A DNA stretch of 64,000 nt from the human T2T-CHM13v2.0 reference genome, Homo sapiens. Each line of letters begins with the position of its first letter. Positions within the stretch are counted from its first letter, which is position 1. Made by a program: the position numbers and the translations under genes. Of the stretch, positions 13,350 to 27,109 are shown piece after piece. A model generated the notes under the pieces. The model had not been told where the DNA came from, searched no databases, and saw only the letters and a program-made list of their open reading frames with translations. The DNA lies in assembly GCF_009914755.1 (NCBI RefSeq), contig NC_060942.1, one strand, 5' to 3'.

Positions 13350-14700
13350 GGCTATTATGACCGCCAGCATTCCTGTTAGCAGGTGGGGTTGTTTTGCTGG
13401 CATTTTATACAAGCGTCTTTCTTCATTCTAGTCACACACAGCTGCTCTAGAGCTTCACAAAGTACAAAACGTTTTTAAAAGCTGGCATCATTTGGAGTTT
13501 CCACCTATAGGAAATTTGAAAAGTTGGCATTTGCATTCCCTAAAGTATCAATCTCTAATGAAAACAATGTCAGAGCCTTAAGCACTTTGGCGTTTTCTGG
13601 ACACATTATAAATATACAGGATATATTTTATCATGTACTGTATATTAGAGCACAGGGACAAAGAACAAGCACCAGGGACAACGGTTTGAGGCAATTCTTT
13701 CAACACATTTTCCAAGGCCATTTCAAATGACTCCCTAGTCCTTGAACTCCCTGGTGATAATTTTAATAGCAGCAAGGACTATTTGGTAACTGGCTTGGAT
13801 GGCAGGTTGCATTTGGCTTTAGCTGATAGAAAGCCTACTGCCTGTTTTTATTGAGGAGACAATATTCTAGACTATTATAAGGATATTTAAAGCTTTTCTA
13901 GCACCATATCCCTTAACTTCAGAGTGCTGCTAAGTATTAACATTTCTTCATAGGCTTTCTTTTTTAAACCTGCCTATGGAACTGTTCATCTTTATGTGTA
14001 ACCACCCTTGATCGTTGATTTGATACCAGAAGTCCTGCACAGAAACCCTGGTCAGCTAGAGGTAACTGTCAGGACTAGGAAAATGCAGATGGTGCTTCAG
14101 GTGAACACTGCTTCATCTCTTCCCCAGTGGGCTCCATCTTAACTGCAACTCACTTCATTATCCGCTTGGGTGATTCTGGAACCATAGAAAATCAGGCAAG
14201 ACTCCTACGGGGCAAACACACATTTACAAAAATAGTTTTAGTCTCACTTCTAATATTTTCCCCCTTTTTGAAATTTCAAAGAGAGCTGAGCAGGCTATTG
14301 ATAGTCCAGGATGTGTGGTCACCATTTATAAATAGCACTATGAAAACACTACCCATAGTTTTTTTTTGTTGTTTGCCAGCATCTATCAATTGGATACAAA
14401 TTATCAGACAGATAGCAGACGAGTCGCTACTTGGAGGATGCCCATTTATATAACAGAGGAGGCTCAGCCTGTCCAAGACCTATTTGTTGGCTGAGTGACA
14501 GCTCTGTGTGCCCTGGATCAAGGTGTGGCACTGCTGGTGGGTGCCATGGAGAACTCAGCCGAAACCAAGTGTCACATCACATGTCACCAGAGAAGCAATG
14601 GCTTCACAGAGCTGTACCTGTAAACGTAAAATGTTTAATGATGAATAATTTGTTTGAAGCTCTTCTTACTCCACATTTCCTTGGAAAATGAAACCACGGG
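13350..14700. promoter_or_regulatory. Repeat-free candidate striated-muscle-type enhancer/promoter region
   Basis: MEF2 consensus TTATAAATAG (~14326), MCAT/TEAD CATTCC (~13368, ~13534), GATA sites (~13824, ~14299, ~14410), E-boxes CAGATG and CAGGTG (~14086-14103). Confidence 0.4.
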
Positions 14701-15664
14701 AGGCATGAAAATCTCTAAAGGGCCTTTTTACATAGATTAATGTGGTAATTCTCTCATTACTATGTTCTGAAGAAGAGCTTCTTACACTTGGCTCTGTGCT
14801 TTGCCTTCAGTTATAACATGGCTTTGCATTAAGTGTTTTAATAAAATATGAAATTAAATGATCATCCTGGTGATATTCACCTCTTGGTTGAGGTAAGGAA
14901 AAATGTAGTTTCCATAGTACATGAAACCAAAGAGATTATTTTGCCTCCAATGAAGAGATCATTGGTCAAAGACAAGGTTTCCCATGGGCTCACACCTCTC
15001 CATTAATTGGAAATGTTTTAGTATTCTCTCCTGCATCTTTGAGGATTACAAATAATGTAACCAATTTACAGCTATGGAATATGTATCCCATCAGAAGCTA
15101 ACCAGTTTAATTTATTTTTTATGCACATTTAACCAGGAAGTATTGGACGAAAGTAATTATTGAGAGTGATCATTTATACTGTCATTAACTATCTGTGCTT
15201 CTTTCTGTTGTAATAGGTGAGAAATAGAAACTTCCTGAGCAGCATTGATCTATTGACTGCTGGACCTGTTAGTAATAAAAGCCATAGATCAATAAAGGGA
15301 TATAGAATAGGGATGTTTTTTGGTATAAAAATGGTGAAATATCTTTTCAAATGACTCATTCTAAAATAACAAAAAATCCTTCAAAACCGTTGAGGTTTGG
15401 GGTTATTTTTTAAGCAAGTGGTATTGACTGAAGAGCAAAAGGCCTTCCCACTAATGATGCCAAGGAAGATTACAGTGAGAGTTTTTGCAAATTGATTGTC
15501 CTCATTGGGTATCAATACTTTAGTTCTTTCTTAAAGGGATACTAGGGTTGACAAGCCAAAAGACAACAGCTATATGCTAATTGAATTAATTCTTCAACAA
15601 TATCTCATTATTCTTGCATTCTGGTGCATACACAGCAGAAGATTTAGTTCTGAGACTAGTTACC

Positions 15665-15895
15665 TGAAGTGATAGTTTAGATCATGGCTCAGGACTGAGA
15701 ATTGCAGGGTTCAAATCCTGGTTCTACCACTTATTACTTTAGGCAAATTTCTTAACTTTCCTTCACCTTAGAGTCCTCATCTATAAATCAATCATATACA
15801 TTTCATATTATTATATGAAGATTAAATGAGATACTATTGATAAAGTATGTAGAGCAGAGCTTGGAACATGGCAGATGCTCAATGCATGTTAGTTG
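15665..15895 (+). mobile_element. MIR SINE
   Basis: gggttcaaatcctggttctaccactta...gattaaatgagat...atgctcaatgcatgttag. Confidence 0.85.
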
Positions 15896-16476
15896 TGCTC
15901 AGGCATGAAACTTTCCCAGTCCTACCATTCCTAATTTCATGATATGTTATAACCATGATTCCCTTTAACAGTGGTGCCATTTCCCTGAAGAAAAATTGGT
16001 AGTATAGGAAAGCCTGAAAGTTGCCACATTGGGAACCATGGTTTCCAGGAATGACATGGAGTCCAAGCTGTGTGATAAATGCTGAATAGTTTAAATATCA
16101 CCTGCCATGGCTCTCTGGGCCTAAAGGACGGTTCTCCATTTTGGCAGAATCAGGTCTGTTTGATCACTGGCACCTGAGCCAAGGTGTAATGACTTCAGGA
16201 CATTGCTCCCTGTGGTAGATTTCACTTAAAGGTGCTCAATTTGCATTCTGTAAATGAGGGTAAAGGAAATCATGATAAAAATGCAAATAATTCTCTCTGG
16301 TTGTAACAAAATTGCTTGTTATTGTCTCTTTTTCCTCCTGACTACAATATTACACAGAGACTTGCACAATGTTCTCAAGGACTATTTGTAAAATACATTA
16401 ATAAATACACAGTGTAGCCCTGCACAAGAAGCAATACTTATGGGTATATTGCTTTGGCTGTGAATTTAAAACAGCA

Positions 16477-16513
16477 CACACATGCACACACACACACACA
16501 CACACACATACAC
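16477..16513 (+). repeat. (CA)n microsatellite
   Basis: Interrupted CA run. Confidence 0.95.
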
Positions 16514-17453
16514 AGGTTCTTCACATTATAAGCCAAATACATATACCAACTGATGATTATACAAATAAATTAGAATCTGTTGATCATATGAGAGTTTACA
16601 AATTATCTAAAAAAACATACACCCTTTACATATTTCAAAAGGAACACTCGACATCTAGGTTTGTTGAATTACTGACTCAAGGTGACAAGTTAGAGGCAAA
16701 GCTAGAACTAAAATTCGGACTCTGTCCAGATCTTCTTCCTCGGCATCATCCTACCTCTGTTGGTAACAGGACTCCAAACTTGCTTTCACTTATCGAGAGT
16801 AAATGCTGAGTAAAACCTTGTTAGAACCTGGGAACATATACGATCTTTATTTCTTGACCCAACATGCCAAACTAAGGTCAGATTGTTAATTTTGTTTTAT
16901 TTCTTCCTTCAAAAATTGACACACAATTTAGTTCTTTCCAGAAGGGTTAATAGGTTTCTCTTGTGTTAAGAGATATTTACACCAGAGTCTTAAAAATATT
17001 GAGTAACATTACAGAAAATAAATCAACAAAAGTTCAAGTTACCTTTCAAATATCAATCATATTTTGACAAGTCACTCCCTTACAAATTACAAATGGCTAA
17101 GCACTCTCCATGGGTAGCAACTGCTAGTGTTTTAAATGCAAGTCTTTTGTGAAACTATTCCTTCTTCTAAAGGAATAGTTTATTTTCTGCAAAAGGAAGG
17201 CTTTCAATTTTATGTATGTTATATTCAATTGTCATGGACTATACTCATATCATTCCTGATATTCCCTTGTATGACAAGTTTGCTTCCTCACACTCTGATA
17301 GCATTTGTAATATTTCATGTGTTTAAAAAGAGATACACTGAATTCCATGTCTTTATATGTAATCCAAATCTAGTTATTCATCAATTCATTGATTCTTAAT
17401 CATGGTAACTTCTGCCCATTGGAAAAAGGAGAGTGCATTGGCTAAAAACCCAC

Positions 17454-17488
17454 TGCTGCCACCTAGTGTTACTGGGCAAGCACTGCCT
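17454..17488 (-). promoter_or_regulatory. CTCF motif with upstream module
   Basis: Minus strand GGCAGTGC...TAACACTAGGTGGCAGCA: core resembles CCACYAGRKGGCAG, with a GCAGT module 12 nt upstream. Confidence 0.6.
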
Positions 17489-17541
17489 CAGCTTGACACC
17501 TTGCCTTTGTGCATCAGAAAGACATCATCCTTTGTATTGTG

Positions 17542-17567
17542 ACACACACACACACACACACACACAC
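17542..17567 (+). repeat. (CA)n microsatellite
   Basis: Pure CA run of ~13 units. Confidence 0.95.
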
Positions 17568-19073
17568 AGAGATGTTACTTTAGCAATGATCTTCATAATT
17601 AATTATTTAGGAAATTTTTGTCTCTTCCTATTGACTCTTTTATATTTGAATAGTCTGCGTTCCAGACTTGCTTCTTTAATATGCTTGGCATTTGAATTCT
17701 TTGAAGGCTTTAAATGGATGAAGGCTTTAAATTGAAGGCTTTAAAAGACAATATGGTAGCTTAAGGCAATCATCCATATTGATGAAGTTCACTATAAATA
17801 GATGTATGCTGCAATAACCCATGTGTAAAAGCAATGTGTCCTTTTTTATTCTATTCCTATTGATTCCAACTCTCTAAGGATGTTGTCAATAGCTCTGCCA
17901 AAGGCCTCGAATGAAACCCACAACCCACCAAGTCATTTTGCTTTTCAGGGCAAAGACAAATCCCAGAAAGAAATGCACTACTGTATTCCAATGAAATTGA
18001 TCAAACAAAGTACAATGATTTTCTTGCATGAGAAATTTTTTGTTGAATAGGAACTACCTTTCAAAGAGTCTGAAGTAATGAGATTTAAATGGCTTTCAAG
18101 ATTCATGTCCATTTTATGGGGGTGTTTATATGCCTTTCAGTAGAAGCTCATAAGAGTAGGGATGTTAGAAACGTGAAGGGCTGGAGTTCTGTGGTAAGGA
18201 GCTCACTGGAGTGGCAAGTGTGTGATGACATGAGAAGTAGATGTCCGGAGCGGGAGGGTATTGACATCACCTCTCGCCCTGCTGAGCACAAGGAGAGCAG
18301 ATGTGTTCCCAGGGATCCAGGAAGCCTCTTAGGATGGAGTGGAGCAGGGTGGAAGAGAGAGCTCTGTCTCAAAGACAGAAGAAGCATAAAGTAGTGGCAA
18401 GAGCACAGGATAAGGGCCATCAGCTGTGGAATTTTTCACTAATCTGATGTGTATTCTAGAGCCATAATCTAACCCTCTTGGGTCTTTCCTACTCTTACTC
18501 ATTTCCACACAGCACACCTGCACCAAATGATGTCAGAAAAGTTTCCCTTATTGATGTGATCAAAACAGGTCTTTGAGGCATTCTCTTCTGAAAATGCAAA
18601 TAAAATGAGCTGCCCCTTGGTATCTTCAGCTTTGAGATATATTTAAAAGAATGAACCCCTAAATCTCAGTTGCTGGACACTCAATAAAAGTTTATTTCTC
18701 ACACACAATAGTTACATGCAAATATTCTGTGGGCAGTCTTTCACGCCAAGATAAGGGACCCAGGGTCCCTCCACCTTGTGACACTTCCATTCATTCACTA
18801 GGACCTTGGAGCCTTTCACTCCAGATAAGGCGTGAGGAGAAGAATTGCACCAGACATTTGTGTGACCAGACCTGGAATTTGTATACTTTATTTTATCCTC
18901 ATTTTGCTGGAAGGAATTCAGACACCTAGCCACCAGTACTTCCACATACATTGAGAAATATTACCAAGATTTGGGCTTGGGAAATTGAGGAAATGGGTTT
19001 TGATGAATATGTATATAGCAATACAGTGAACATGTTACATGCACATTGCCTAGATACCATATATTTGTCTATC

Positions 19074-19279
19074 CAGGGGTTGGCAAATAATGGCCTATGT
19101 GTTAAATCTAGTATGTCATCTGTTTTTGTACAGCCCATGAGTTAAGAATTATTATTACAGTTTCAATTAGATGGAGGAAAAAGAGAAAGAGAGAAGAATA
19201 CTCAACAGGGTGTTTATGATCCACAAAGCTTAAAATATTTACTATCTGACTCTTTACAGACAATGGTTGCCAACTCCTG
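19074..19279 (+). mobile_element. MER58A (hAT-Charlie MITE)
   Basis: TIRs CAGGGGTTGGCAAA / TTGCCAACTCCTG; gtcta in both flanks. Confidence 0.85.
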
Positions 19280-19652
19280 GTCTACCTGTATGATTTAAGA
19301 TCCTAGAAAGAAACAAATAATCACCTTCAATAGAACATTTAATGAAAGAACTTGTGTGAGTTTTCTGCTGCATATGAATTACCACAAACTTAGTGGCTTA
19401 AAATAGACTCATGTATTATCTCACAGTTTCTGTAAATCAGGAGTCTTGTCACAATTTATGTGGGTCCTCTGCTCGTAGTCTCATCAGTTTGCAATCCAGA
19501 TGTTGGGTGGGGCTGTGGTCTCATCAGAGGCCTGACTGGGGAAAGATTCCTGACCAAGTGCCTTCAGCTTGTTGGCAGAATTTCTTATAGTTATGAGACT
19601 GGCATCCCTATTTGCTTGCTGGCGAGGGGCTGTCATAAGGTCTTAGAGTTCA

Positions 19653-19864
<212 letters not shown>

Positions 19865-19870
19865 CTATAC

Positions 19871-19872
<2 letters not shown>

Positions 19873-19906
<34 letters not shown>

Positions 19907-19970
19907 CTATATATATATAACATATATAAGTGCGTGTGTGTGAGAGTGTGTGTGTGTGTGTATGTGTGTA
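19873..19970 (+). repeat. Compound (TG)n/(TA)n microsatellite
   Basis: Two TG runs separated by a TA-rich spacer. Confidence 0.95.
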
Positions 19971-20170
19971 TTTTTCAACCTCAGGAAATTCACAACATGC
20001 TGCTTTTTCAAGGCCAGCAGAGCCTCATACACATTCTAATCAAGAGTTGTATCACCTTTGCCATATTTTAATGGTTAGAAGCAAGTCACAGGTTCTATCT
20101 ATACTTAAGGAGAGGGGGTTACACATGGGCTTGACACATTTGGGGACTACCCTAGGGAATGTCTGCCACA

Positions 20171-20570
20171 GGACTATTTATAAACATTTAGCAGAGTTGA
20201 GAGAAACCAATAAGGGATGGAAAAATCCTAGGCTAGCGGAAGCTACTGTCATACTTAGACAAGAAGAGGAAAAAAGAGGAGCAGTTACAGGACTAGGTAA
20301 GATTTCTAGCCCTAGGAGAGGGCTACCATGATGGGATCCATGACCTTCATTGCGCAATACAGCCACTACCATCCCATGGCCAGGCAGAGGAACTAAAGAA
20401 TAAGTACCAGAACTTCTCTTTCTGCCAGTTCTTTGTCTGACTCTTCCACCCCCAAATCTATCAGACAAGCAGAAGACAAGGAAAACTGATGGATGCAATC
20501 CACAGGAGTCACCCTCCCAGACAGCAAGCAGGGCAGGGACAGGGGGAGATGGATCTGGAGGGGGCAAATA
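20171..20570 (-). mobile_element. Older MLT1 (G/H-like) LTR remnant
   Basis: gatgcaatccacaggagtcaccctcccag...gatggatctggagggggcaaa. Confidence 0.5.
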
Positions 20571-22659
20571 ACAGCTCTTCCAAATATCTAGCTTTTGACT
20601 TTCTCAAATCTCAAGGAAAACAGCAGATGGCCTTACATACAAATGATAAATTGAAAATGTATCTATATCAGAAAAATAAAAATGGCCAGAGGGTCTGCAG
20701 CCACATTCAGAGGACCACTAAGGTTATTCAAAATCACCATGTGAGAAGCCAACACAGCTTGGCTGGCCTCAGGGGTAAGCTGATCTCAGGGAACACTAAT
20801 GCTTACCCAATGCATAAGAAGGAAATGCTGCAGCCTATTTTACTCTAACCAAGTTATGCGGTTGGAGAAATGTGCTTTAGGGAAAAGATGAAACAGCTCC
20901 ACCCAACACCGAGAGCAGGTGACACCTGGTAGTCCTTCACATTTGAATTTCCAGCTTAGCGTCTGTTTTTAAATGAATTATGAGCTTGCTCCCACTGAGA
21001 CCTGTCTGCTATGGAAACAGAGGCATGCTCCCATCTGTGGAAAGGTGATATTTTAAAGACTAGCCTTTCACTAAGCAAATTTCTTAACAGTAGAGCCATT
21101 TGACTACTAGGTCAACTTCCCCAGACAGCTGCTCAACTACATCAACAGCATCGAGGAGCAGTGCCTTTAAAAAGCAGAAGCATATTGGATCTGGAACTGC
21201 TAATGGATCTTTAAGGAGAGAAATGCAAAGGAATTAAGGCACATCACTCTTTGGCATGTTTGTGGCTGTTTTTGTTTCATTTCCAGCATATAAAAGAGTA
21301 GGTTATGATTATCCCAAAGTGACTTTATAATTAATATTGTTCTTAAATAATATATTCATAAAATGTAAGTATGTTTGTATGAATAATGTCAAAAATTCTA
21401 GAAATGCAGAAAGCAAGAAATAATTCTAGAAAAAAGGCCTTGGAGAGGAATCTACTGCTCATAAAATTTGAGTAAATTATTTGGTTCATACAAGAGGCTT
21501 TTTTTTTTCACATCACTTTTCCCATACTCCAGCACTTAGTATGATATTGTTGCACAATCAAAAAGTTGCTATACAAGTTCAGGTAAAACTAATTTTAAAG
21601 AACTCGGTAGCTATATGTTATATCATGGCAGACTTTCTACAGTAACTTTACTGGTTCCCTATAAATAGAATATTAATTGATGATGAAGAAAATAAAGCAG
21701 TAACCATACCAGAGTGGGAATGGCAGTATTGTCTTAAACTTCTGTTAATAATTGTTTTATTACAATGAATTACAATGACCATGGAAGGTTCATCTGAATA
21801 CCAAATTCACTTCTGACTAGAGCTACTGGAGTCAGAAACCATATGAACTCATAATGATGAGATATTTAAAAATCTTTGTGTAAAACATGTAGCCTGGAAA
21901 ACCATGAGAAGCAATGTTTAACTGTCTTTCTGGTCTGCAAATACATACTCACATACTTAAAAGTGGGAATCTTTAAGAGCTGGGTATAAAGGAATATTTT
22001 ATAAGCTACTTTTCAATATTTTTGCATTTTTATGTTAAAGGTTACTTTAATACAAGAGTAAAATTCATTTTAAGAAATGGAACTAGGGTAAAGTAGATAA
22101 AGCGTAACCAGGAAATTTGTTTTACATCAACAAAGCATAGTGGAGAATTTCATATGTTTTGAAGAGGAGAGTGTATGGTGGGTATTAGAGGAAGAAGTTT
22201 GTTTTATTTATTTTATTGAGACACTTGAAAAATTCCTTGCTGTCTAATTCGCCTTACATTGAAGAGCCAGTATGTGGTTACCTAATACACTGTTAAGTGA
22301 AATTTGGTAGTCATCCATTTAATTTGATCACAAACCAAAACATTTCAGGAAATATCACATTGGACATGCATTTTCTAGAGTAAAATTTGTATTTTTCAAT
22401 CAATTGATTTTTGGTTAGTTTCCCCTTAGTAGTCAAATTCTACAATATATTCACTTTACATTGGATAAGATAGAAACAAAACACGTTTCATGGATTTAAA
22501 ACATTACCCTTCAATGGTTTTTCACACTTTCTGTATATATGTAATATACATAATATATAATCCAGACTTATGCAGAGCAGTTAGCCCCTTCCTAACTCTG
22601 CTCTCTTTATTGTCTTAGAGTTAACTCACAGCACTCCCTGAATATTCATGATCAGCTTA

Positions 22660-23025
22660 TGGAACTGAGTGCTCCAGGTTGCTTCCATAGCCCCCTACCT
22701 CCATGGCTTTGCGCCAAGATTTCCTCAATTTGAAATGCCCTTCTCTTTTTCTCAGTCATGTAAACTCTTTCTCATCTTGAAGGGTAAGCATATCCTCCTC
22801 TGTAAAGCTTTCCTTGTCACACCAGGCAAAAGTGAGTCATTCTTTCCGAGATACCACAACACTTTGTAAACATCACAGCATTATCTAAACTATATTGCAA
22901 TTATTTGTTGACATGCCCGACTCCACCGCTAAGTTGTGAGCTAGCTTATTCTCATTTATACCTGCCCCACTATTAGCATGGTGGCACACAATAATCTTTA
23001 ATAATCTTTGTTTAATGAATGAATG
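22660..23025 (+). mobile_element. L2 3' fragment
   Basis: Terminal tgtttaatgaatgaatga and upstream L2 motifs. Confidence 0.65.
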
Positions 23026-23470
23026 ATTATATTAATGGCTGAATTTTAGAGTTGGCCTATTGAGAATCAATAGTTTGTTTTATATACACAGGAAACAATA
23101 ATGAATTCAAAAGTTTATGTATCAGTCATTTGTATTAGGGCAATATTAAGAACAAACAACAGGGACTAGTGCTTTCTTGATCCTGGCATATGTGCCAATT
23201 CCTAATCTCTTGCATTTGCATGTGTACAGACATGGCCTTTTTTTTCTAGCTGCCTCTGCTAAACATTAAGTACATTAACAGGCATGGTAGAGGCAGATAA
23301 GATTAACAAAGCGGGGAACAGAAGTTCATAGGTTTATTCTGGTAGGAAATACCATAGAAATAATCCAGACCCCACTGCAAACCTCACATTCAGCAGGATA
23401 ATTGAATCTTCACATTCCTGTTTTAGAATCACATTGAGCCAACACAAAGCTTGATGTACCACTTTCTCTA

Positions 23471-23488
23471 GGCCAGTAGAGGGCAGCA
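23471..23488 (+). promoter_or_regulatory. CTCF motif
   Basis: GGCCAGTAGAGGGCAGCA, near-consensus core. Confidence 0.65.
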
Positions 23489-23699
23489 CACACTTCATTA
23501 ACCAGGGAAGCAAGGTTGTGCTAGTCACACTTCAGCAGCCGGAGCTTGGAATAAGTGTTCTGGCAACAGAGATCCCAGGATTCTACCACTTCAACCAAAA
23601 GTCCCCTCGAAAATGCTTATTCTTTTAAAAATTTTGTGTTAACATCATTTTACCGGCTTCCAGCACACTTTTCAAACTGTGATTAGATATTCGCCTTGA

Positions 23700-23900
23700 G
23701 GGACAGTGCAGCAGAGTGGAAAGACCACATAGGCTTTAGGACCAGACAGAATAGGTTTGTACATCTAGAATATACTACTACTAGCTGTGTGCCTTGGTCA
23801 AGTTACTTAATCTTTCCAGTCCTCCTTGTTCTTACTTTTAAAACACAGATAATAAGATCTACCTCATGGGTTAATGTAAGATTGAATAAGAACATTTGCA
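23700..23900 (+). mobile_element. MIR SINE
   Basis: tactagctgtgtgccttggtcaagttacttaa...tctacctcatggg. Confidence 0.8.
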
Positions 23901-24345
23901 TCAGTTTGATGTTTTATTATTGTCTTGCCCCTTGTCTGTTTCTTCCCATGTGGGGCAAACAAACAATATCTACAAATGTCTGTCATGCACATTTTGTCTT
24001 GCAACATGTCATGGCAGAACCAAAAAGTGCCTATCCAGAACCATCCTTGAATCAATCTGCCAAGTGAGCCCCATATTTCTGCCTGGAGCTCACACTGGAA
24101 GCAGGCAGAGGACCACTCAAGAGGCAGAGGGGAGGATGGGCCTGGCCCCTGTTACAACCTCCCAGAGCCTCTATATGTGTCTAGGGTAGTGGCTGGCAGG
24201 CTGGGGAAACATGGGTCAGAGGAGTGGCTGGGGCTTTTCAGAGATCAGGAGGGCTCCTAAAATGGGAAAGAAGATTAATTTATGCAAGGTCCTGTCCTGG
24301 GCCAATTTCACATACCCACTACGTGTCAAATCTGGAATTTGAAAG

Positions 24346-24700
24346 TGTCTTAGTTCCTTCTGGCTTAGATAACAGCCAGATAACAGAGTACTATAAAGTG
24401 GGTGGCTTATAAACAATAGAAATTTATTTCTCATGGTTCTAGAGTCTGGGAAGTCCAAGATCAAGGTGCTGACAGATTCAGTGGTTAGTAAGGACCTACT
24501 CTTCTGGTTCATAGACAGCCATCTTTTTGCTGGGTCTTCACATAGCAGAGGGGCAAGGGAATTCTCTGAATTTCATTCATGAGGGCTCTGTCCTCATAAC
24601 CTAAACACTTCTTAAAGGCCCTGCTTCCAAATATCATCACATTGCAGATTAGGTTTCAACATATGAATTTCGGGGGGACACAAACACTCAGTATATAGCA
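24346..24700 (-). mobile_element. MLT1A-family MaLR LTR
   Basis: tgtcttagt...ggcttataaacaatagaaatttatttctca...ggggggacacaaacactcagtatatagca. Confidence 0.85.
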
Positions 24701-24926
24701 GAAGATGAGCTAAGAATCAAAGGTGTCATAGCCAGAAATAATCCAGGAGCACCAATGAAGTCCGGGAGGCCCAGCAAAGAGTAGTTCTGGGCACAAGGTG
24801 TGGAGGGTTTAGACAACTGCAGCAAAGAGAGGCCTTAGCATTGAATCAACAAGCAGAAGCTACTGAGGGCCTTGGGGTTTCTGCAGTTAAGCTGTAAGAA
24901 ACTAGGCAAAGAAATGGCAGTTTACA

Positions 24927-25300
24927 GGCCAGGTGTGATGGCTCAAGCCTATAATCCCAACAGCTTGTGAGGTCAAGGGAGGCTGATAACTTGAGCCCAG
25001 GAATTTGAGATCACCCTGGAAAACGTGGTGAAACCCCATCTCTACAAACAAACAAAGAAACAAAGAATACAAAAATTAGCCAGGCATAGTGACATGCACC
25101 TGTAGTTCCAGCTACTGGGGAGGCTGACGTGGGAGAATCCCTTCAGCCCATGAGGTCAAACCTCCAGTGAGCCAAGACTGCACCACTGCCCTCAAAGCCT
25201 GGGTGACAGAATGAGACCCTATTTCAAAAAAAAAAAAAAAAAGAAAGAAAGAAAAAGAAAAAAGAAAGAAAGAAAGAAAAGAAAAAGGAAAAGAAATAGA
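24927..25300 (+). mobile_element. AluJ SINE with expanded GA-rich tail
   Basis: cttgagcccagga J diagnostic; tail A17 then (GAAA)n-like; approximate TSD gcagttta. Confidence 0.9.
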
Positions 25301-25719
25301 GAAAGAGCAGTTTATTACTGCACTATTTCTCATAACCTCTTCAATTTAACTTCTTTAGCTTAACAATGGACAATACCTATTACTTTATTTCTTTGAACTT
25401 GTTTCTTCATCTGTACAATATGGGCCATAAAACTTCAGGGATATCTTGCGAAGGTGAGATAAGATAGCACTGCTGCAGTTTCGAGGACCTGGTAGGAACT
25501 AAAGAGTTAGAATTCTTGCCTTTCACATATACATATGTAAATATACATATTTATATCGCTCACAATGCTTTTTGATGTTGTTTATCTTACTCTATTTTCC
25601 ACTTTTAAAAAAGAATATTTGATCACTAGATTTAACATAATATTTTATAGATATGAAATCAAATATTAATAAAAGTATACTCTAATTTCTCAATCTTGTA
25701 TAAGTCTCACAGATTTTAT

Positions 25720-26080
25720 TACTAAAAATGTTTTGGTTTACGTTGTTTTTGAGCTAGAGTCCAACTTTATTTCTAGTGTTTCAATACAGACATGCCTAGA
25801 ATTGGGAATTTGTCTTTTAATCTGAAAAATTAATATCATATGAATGGATAATTGTAATAATGGATTTTCTAGAATAAGTTCCACTTGGTGAAGATTATTA
25901 CTTTTAATGTACTGGTGCTGAATCCTGTTCACTGTTATTTTATTTAAGGTTTGTGCATGCATAGTCAAAATTAAGATTGCTTAGGTGTTTCTCTTTTTGT
26001 GTGCCATCTTTGTCCAAGTTTGGGATCAATGTGATACTTTACCATGAAATAACAGAGTTTTTCAAGAAAATAGTTCACAT
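25720..26080 (-). mobile_element. Old L1M ORF2-region fragment
   Basis: Antisense ccacttggt...tattttatttaagg motifs. Confidence 0.5.
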
Positions 26081-26603
26081 ACTTATATTGTGAATATGTA
26101 AATGGATGGGAGGAAATGATTCTGGGTGAGAGACATTTAGGTAGTGATAGGGAATAGCACAAAATCCATAGACTATTTTACCTACGCAACAAATTCTAGG
26201 AGTGATATGAGTAAGTAGCTCATGTAAATGTTACCGGGCAGGTATCCTGCCATGGAGAAAGAAAGGTTGAAACCCACTGGTCCAGTTAATCTGTCAGGTT
26301 CATTCCATTCTATTTGTAATAAGAACAAATTCTCAGCTATAAACTCCCCCACCTCTCAGACAGTGCATGACCATCACTAGCATTTATGAGAGTGAGTGAG
26401 AGCGAGGCAAACACTGTTCTAATGATCTCTGTGGGATCAGCTGGCAGGTACATGTTGATCAGAGGCCAGGATCAAATAGTGACATTGATTTGGTCACTAA
26501 GTTCCTTTTGGTTTTCCAGTCCACCTCATTTAAACCTCTTCTGTTTTTTGGGTGTTTAATTTTCCTTGTGGAGTCACTGCCCTTGATAAAAGTTTAATTA
26601 CAG

Positions 26604-26925
<322 letters not shown>

Positions 26926-26972
26926 TTACTATTACTGGTTCTTTGTGAACAAAGTATGATGTAAAATGCCAT

Positions 26973-26990
26973 GTGCTGCCCTCTGCAGGT
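26973..26990 (-). promoter_or_regulatory. CTCF motif
   Basis: Minus strand ACCTGCAGAGGGCAGCAC. Confidence 0.5.
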
Positions 26991-27109
26991 TATTGAAATA
27001 AATGGCCACTGTCAGTCATTCTGAGTAGTTTTGTCAGAAATTTTGATGAGCTCCCTATGTTTTGTTTTGCTTTTTATCTTGCTTACATAGTTCTATATGC
27101 ACAATGTCA

